Below, in pieces: positions 56,553-64,000 of a DNA stretch of 64,000 nucleotides. Source of the DNA: Pseudomonadota bacterium (GTDB lineage Bacteria; Desulfobacterota; Binatia; Binatales; Binataceae). The DNA is taken from NCBI GenBank assembly GCA_021325025.1, contig JAJPHZ010000007.1:190-64189 (forward strand), written 5' to 3'. Below the pieces are notes generated by a model. It did no database searches. It was not told the origin of the DNA and saw only the letters and a program-made list of their open reading frames with translations. A program made the translations under genes and the position numbers. The stretch's first letter is position 1; every line of letters begins with the position of its first letter.

Positions 56553-57659
56553 TCAATCGAGGTTGTAGACCTTCTTCGCGTTGCCGGCGACGATCTTGTA
56601 CTTTTCGTCCTCCGGGACGCCCGCGAAGGTGTCCTCGATGTACTGACGCGAGTTGGGCCAGGTGGTATCGGTGTGTGGATAGTCCGAGGACCACATCAGG
56701 TTGTCCAGCCCGATGTCGTGGCGAATCTTGACTCCGATCTTGTCCTCGATGAAGGTCGCGTAAACCTGACGATGGAAGTACTCACTGGGCAGCTTGGGCA
56801 GATTGAGCCTGGTCCAATGGCGATGGCGCTTGTAGGTGCGATCGGACTTCTCAAGGAAGTAGCCCAGCCATCCGATGTTCCCTTCGACCGACACGAACTT
56901 TAACCTGGGAAACAACTCCAGCACACCGCCGAAGATGATCTGGGAAAGCGCCTCGTAGTTGGCCAGCGACGCGACGTTGAGCAGCGCCGGCACCGCACCG
57001 CGCAAATTGTTGGCGCCGAACAGCGCCGCAGTGCGCCGATCCCCGGTGCGCAGATGGACATGGACGGGCAGATTGAGGTCCTGCGCCGCGGCCCAGATCG
57101 GATCATAGATGGAGCTGTTGAGCGCCTCGCCGCGCGGATACGTCGGCAGCATCACTCCGCGCAGTCCGGGCAGCTTGGCCACGCGCTCCACTTCCTTCTT
57201 GCCCACTTCGACGTCGTCAGTGGGAATCAGGCCGATGCCGATCAGCCGCGACGGATTGACCGAGCAGAATTCGGAGAGGAAATCGTTGTAGGCACGGATG
57301 CAGGCGAACTGCAGTTCGTGCTCCTCAATCCCGAAGATGCCGAGCCCGACGTTGGGAAAGATGGTCTGCGCGTCGACCCCGTCGATATCCATGTCCTTGA
57401 TCCGCTCATAAGGGTCATATGACCCCTTGCGGATGGTGTCGTAGGACTCGCCCGAGGGCTTGTATTCCTCGAACTTCTTGCCGGCCTGCGCTTCAAGTCC
57501 GATGGTCTTGCCGCGCACGCCGTTGATCTCCCAGGCATCGCCGTCGGCGACCCGCACCACGCGCGGCGCGCGGTCGCGCAGATGGGCCGGGACCCTGGCC
57601 TGCCAGGTATCTTTGGGCTCCTCGACGTGGTCGTCGGAGGAGATGACGTTGTATTTCAT
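56553..57659 (-). CDS. Amidohydrolase family protein
   Basis: ISSDDHVEEP, DMDIDGVDA, VHVH, EGNIGW, MWSSDYPH; GGAGG RBS. Confidence 0.9.
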   Translation of the reverse strand: MKYNVISSDDHVEEPKDTWQARVPAHLRDRAPRVVRVADGDAWEINGVRGKTIGLEAQAGKKFEEYKPSGESYDTIRKGSYDPYERIKDMDIDGVDAQTIFPNVGLGIFGIEEHELQFACIRAYNDFLSEFCSVNPSRLIGIGLIPTDDVEVGKKEVERVAKLPGLRGVMLPTYPRGEALNSSIYDPIWAAAQDLNLPVHVHLRTGDRRTAALFGANNLRGAVPALLNVASLANYEALSQIIFGGVLELFPRLKFVSVEGNIGWLGYFLEKSDRTYKRHRHWTRLNLPKLPSEYFHRQVYATFIEDKIGVKIRHDIGLDNLMWSSDYPHTDTTWPNSRQYIEDTFAGVPEDEKYKIVAGNAKKVYNLD

Positions 57660-57753
57660 TGGCTGACCTCCCTTACGATATTGTTCTCACACCGCGTCAA
57701 GAGCCGGCGCCGGGAACAGACGGTTTCGGAGACGGCGGCCGCCCGGCATTCTC

Positions 57754-58485
57754 TTATACGACTTTCAAGCGCGCTTTGCGAATCGCACGTTTGGGCGGGG
57801 GCGGCGTCCTGAGCCGGCCGCTGTCCCCGCCCATCTCGCGCTCCAGTTGTTGCAGGTGCTTCATCAGATTGGGACGCGCCGCAGGCGTCGCCACGCCCAG
57901 CAGGGTCAACACGAATCCGTACAGGACGTGGGTGCGAAACCCCTCGCCGTCGAGGTTGCCCTGAATCCACATGACCAATACGCCATAAAAGCCGATCACC
58001 AGCATCCGCGCGACGAACTGCGGATTGGCCTGCGGAATCAGGCGGCCGGCTTCGACCCCGGCCTGCAGCGCGCGATGCCACAGCGAGACGATGCGCGGAT
58101 GCAGCGGCGACTCGTGGATCGCGCCACGCGCCAGCCAGTGGGCCTGCATCAGCGGCAGCCAGAACGACGGGTCGCCGGTGTAGATGCGGGCACCCAGGTG
58201 CGCGACTTCCAGTACCTGCTCGATCGGGTCGCGCGCCCGCAGTTGTTCGCTGGCCTGCTCCAGCTTCTCCAGGGCGCCGAACTGCAGCGCCATCAGCACT
58301 CCGCCCTTGGAACCGAACAGGTTGTAGGGCGTGGCCAGGCTGACCTCGGCGCGCTGCGCCAGGGTGCGCATCGACAGTCCCGCCGCACCGCGCTCACGGA
58401 TAAGCTGGGCGGCTGCCTCCAGGATGCGCGCCCGCCGCTCCCGCATCTGCCGGTCGCGCAGCCCCTCGCTCTGTTCCGACGTCAT
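57754..58485 (-). CDS. TetR/AcrR family transcriptional regulator
   Basis: RILEAAAQLI.E.G..GLSMRTLAQRAEVSLATPYNLFGSK HTH. Confidence 0.93.
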   Translation of the reverse strand: MTSEQSEGLRDRQMRERRARILEAAAQLIRERGAAGLSMRTLAQRAEVSLATPYNLFGSKGGVLMALQFGALEKLEQASEQLRARDPIEQVLEVAHLGARIYTGDPSFWLPLMQAHWLARGAIHESPLHPRIVSLWHRALQAGVEAGRLIPQANPQFVARMLVIGFYGVLVMWIQGNLDGEGFRTHVLYGFVLTLLGVATPAARPNLMKHLQQLEREMGGDSGRLRTPPPPKRAIRKARLKVV

Positions 58486-58526
58486 AACGCGTTCGCTTTT
58501 TATAACGCGTTACGGTAAGAGGTCAA
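58484..58526 (-). promoter_or_regulatory. Putative tetR promoter with twin palindromic operators
   Basis: ATAACGCGTT at 58484 and 58502 (TAACGCGTTA 58503-58512 is a perfect palindrome); minus-strand TTGACC-N16-TATAAA. Confidence 0.6.
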
Positions 58527-58630
58527 GCGCTCAAAAAGAATAGCGGCGGCGCGCGTCAGATGCTCACGCTTCAGCAACCGGCAGGATGCCCGTCTCACGT
58601 CCTTTTGGACTCCCGGGATCCCCAACGTCT

Positions 58631-59059
58631 TCAACGCGGCCGCGCCAGCGGGTCGGGCACCCGGGTATCGACGAACGGCGTGACGTTGAGGAAGTACCAC
58701 TCGCCGTCGAGCTTGCGCAGTTGCGTGTGGTAGCCGCCCACCAGCAGCAGGGAGGTCACACCCTCGCGAGTGACGTAGACGGTCAGGTTGCACAGCGCCG
58801 TGCCGCGGTCGGCCTCCAGCGACATGGTCAGGTTGGTGACCAGGTGACGCTGCTTGACCCGGCCCATTTCGCTGGCGGCAAGGTCGCGGGTGAATTTGAG
58901 CAGACCCTCGCGCCCGGCGTGGCGGCCCGCCACCGGCGAATCGAAGACCCCATCGGGCGTGAACGTGCTGACCCATTCCTCGTAGCGGCCCTCGTCGATA
59001 CTGTGACAAAAGCGCGCGAACAACTCTCGCACCTTTTCCCGGTCTTCGTAGTTGAACAT
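58631..59059 (-). CDS. SnoaL-like / NTF2 family protein
   Basis: DREKVRELFARFCHSID, FTPDG, RHLVTN, GGY...L.K.DGEW.F. Confidence 0.88.
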   Translation of the reverse strand: MFNYEDREKVRELFARFCHSIDEGRYEEWVSTFTPDGVFDSPVAGRHAGREGLLKFTRDLAASEMGRVKQRHLVTNLTMSLEADRGTALCNLTVYVTREGVTSLLLVGGYHTQLRKLDGEWYFLNVTPFVDTRVPDPLARPR

Positions 59060-59280
59060 GGTCTCGTAACTCCCTGGTGGCAATCCGCGTCCTTCGATCA
59101 ACCAGTGGAACAGGCGTTGTGGCCTGGCGACGATGCGCGACCATTTTTTGGCCGCTGCCACCGCGGAATTTTATTCTGAATTCGACAAAATGGCGCGGCA
59201 AAGGACGCCGCACCTCGAGGACCGACCGCGAGCCTGCCCCGATTATTGTTTGCCCGGGAGTTGGAATCGGACGGGAAAAA

Positions 59281-59844
59281 CTACCTGCCCTCGGGCAGGT
59301 CGACGAACACTGCGGCAGCCACCACCGTGGTCCACAACCCGTCGCGGTCGCCAATCGCCGATTGCGTGACGTTGCGCGTGGTGACGATCTTGTCCGACAT
59401 GCGCCAGATGTTCTTGCGCTCGTCGTAGCTGGTGTTGGGGTCGAAGTCGACGCCCAGGATCGTCGCCAACATCGAGGCCGCCAGGTCTTCGGCGTAATCG
59501 CCCGCCTTCTGGTCGGTCTCGCCGAAACTGTGATGCTCGGAGAGATAGCCGTAATGGGCGGGATTGGACGGAATCGCCAGCCCGACCGAAGCGGCGACCA
59601 GCCGATGCGGCTCGTTGGTCGCGTTCTCGTGCATCACCGTGAACACGATCTGCCCCGGCGTCAGATGCTTGAGCCCTTCCTGGATCGGGATCAGCCTGCA
59701 GTTGGGCGGGAAAATCGAGCTGACGCGCACCAGGTTGAACTCAGCGATTCCGGCGCTGCGCAAGGCCAGCTCAAAGGAGGTGAGCTTCTCCCGATGCTTG
59801 CCGACACCCTTGGTCAGGAAGATACCTTTTGCGACTGGCCCCAT
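59281..59844 (-). CDS. pdaD: Pyruvoyl-dependent arginine decarboxylase
   Basis: SFELALRSAGIA.FNLVRVSSIFP (self-cleavage Ser-Ser), YGYLSEHH, WTTVVAAAVF. Confidence 0.93.
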   Translation of the reverse strand: MGPVAKGIFLTKGVGKHREKLTSFELALRSAGIAEFNLVRVSSIFPPNCRLIPIQEGLKHLTPGQIVFTVMHENATNEPHRLVAASVGLAIPSNPAHYGYLSEHHSFGETDQKAGDYAEDLAASMLATILGVDFDPNTSYDERKNIWRMSDKIVTTRNVTQSAIGDRDGLWTTVVAAAVFVDLPEGR

Positions 59845-60036
59845 CCGTCTCCTTCTCCGGCTTTAAAGAATTGGGGAAAACACCACCTATAATCCATTGG
59901 GTGCGCATTTGCCGCAATAGAGGTTGTGGCCGAGAAGGGAATTTTGTGATGACCTCGGCCCCGGCGCCCTGGCGGGCATCGGTCTTGAAGCCGACGAGCA
60001 GAACCGGCACGGAAGCCGGCGCTGCTCACGTCGGCC

Positions 60037-61707
<1,671 letters not shown>

Positions 61708-61724
61708 CGGCTATCCTCTCGACG

Positions 61725-62225
61725 TTATTCGATCACCGCCAGGATCTCGCCTTTTTCCACCGCCTGACCCACCGAGACCTTGATCTCGAGCACTTTGCCG
61801 GCCTTGGGCGTTTTGAGTTCGTTTTCCATCTTCATCGCTTCGACCACAACGATCCCCTGGTCGGCAGCGACTTCATCGCCGGGCTGAACCAGCACGTTGA
61901 CCACCCGCCCCGGCATCATCGCCTTGAGCTCGATGCGTCCGGTGACGACGCGCTCGCCGCCGGCACGCAGGCGCCGGCGGCTCCTGTCAACCAACGTGAC
62001 ACGATTGATGCCGCGGCGCGAGATCAGCACCAGCTCGTCGCCTTCGGCGCTGATGCTGAAGTCGAAGGTGCGAGTGCCCACTACGGCCAGAAACGAAGAG
62101 CCGTGGGTCTTGCGCAAATCGACATCGAAGCTCCGGTCGCCGATTTTGATCCGATAGTTGTTGGCGGCTAGCTCCTCGATTTCCAATTCGTGATTCGTGC
62201 CGTCGACGATTGCCTGATACCGCAT
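61725..62225 (-). CDS. Biotin carboxyl carrier protein of acyl-CoA carboxylase
   Basis: MPGRV, EAMKMENE biotinylation motif. Confidence 0.93.
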   Translation of the reverse strand: MRYQAIVDGTNHELEIEELAANNYRIKIGDRSFDVDLRKTHGSSFLAVVGTRTFDFSISAEGDELVLISRRGINRVTLVDRSRRRLRAGGERVVTGRIELKAMMPGRVVNVLVQPGDEVAADQGIVVVEAMKMENELKTPKAGKVLEIKVSVGQAVEKGEILAVIE

Positions 62226-62240
62226 CGTGCCGCCCGCTCC

Positions 62241-63752
<1,512 letters not shown>

Positions 63753-63787
63753 CGTGGTGGTAGTCGCGCGGCTGGCCCTGCTTGGCC

Positions 63788-64000
63788 TCACAAGGGAATA
63801 TTACCGTGTTTACGCGGCGGATTCTTGTCGCGCTTGTTTTCCAGCGCCTTGAGCGAAGTGATCAGGCGCGCACGGGTGTCGCGCGGCAAAATGACCTCAT
63901 CTATGTAACCCAACTCCGCCGCCTTGAACGGATTGGCGAACGTGGCGCGGTATTCGTCAACCAGCCGCGCGCGCTCGGCGGCCACGTCGGAGGCGCGCTG
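63788..64000 (-). CDS. pccB: Acyl-CoA carboxylase beta (carboxyltransferase) subunit, 3' end only
   Basis: FANPFKAAELGYIDEVI.P..TR, C-terminal RKHGNIPL. Confidence 0.9.
   Translation of the reverse strand, partial: QRASDVAAERARLVDEYRATFANPFKAAELGYIDEVILPRDTRARLITSLKALENKRDKNPPRKHGNIPL

Overview
GC-rich bacterial chromosomal segment with about 54 protein-coding genes and no recognisable rRNA, tRNA, CRISPR array, integrase or transposase. The gene repertoire is reminiscent of Candidatus Binatota or related deltaproteobacteria-like lineages (inference). Housekeeping genes: 3' part of relA/spoT, ridA, bcp, xseAB, fused sat-cysC, recC-recB-recD, pdaD and an acyl-CoA carboxylase/methylmalonyl-CoA mutase block. 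These are interspersed with many catabolic paralogs (4 luciferase-like monooxygenases, 3 amidohydrolases, 2 SDRs, 2 alpha/beta hydrolases, 2 SnoaL/NTF2 proteins, a CaiB-type CoA-transferase, a ThDP enzyme, a CamK-like crotonase) and a TTQ amine dehydrogenase cluster with two c-type cytochromes. The most striking unexplained signal is a C-terminal module shared by two unrelated exported proteins 15 kb apart (5070..5798 and the sedolisin 20738..23206). It is an Ig-like beta domain interrupted by a transmembrane hairpin ending in an internal lipobox-like xxGC-GS, followed by a conserved terminal strand GLPAxLG(S/T)xTV, and is a candidate undescribed surface-anchoring/sorting system. Other highlights: a Rok-like coiled-coil/winged-helix protein with repeated AATTGAGT boxes upstream, a mauB-mauA pair with no mauE/mauD/mauG, and an AbfD/HpaB-family protein lacking the Fe-S cysteines. 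All calls come from motif recognition by eye; no database searches were run.
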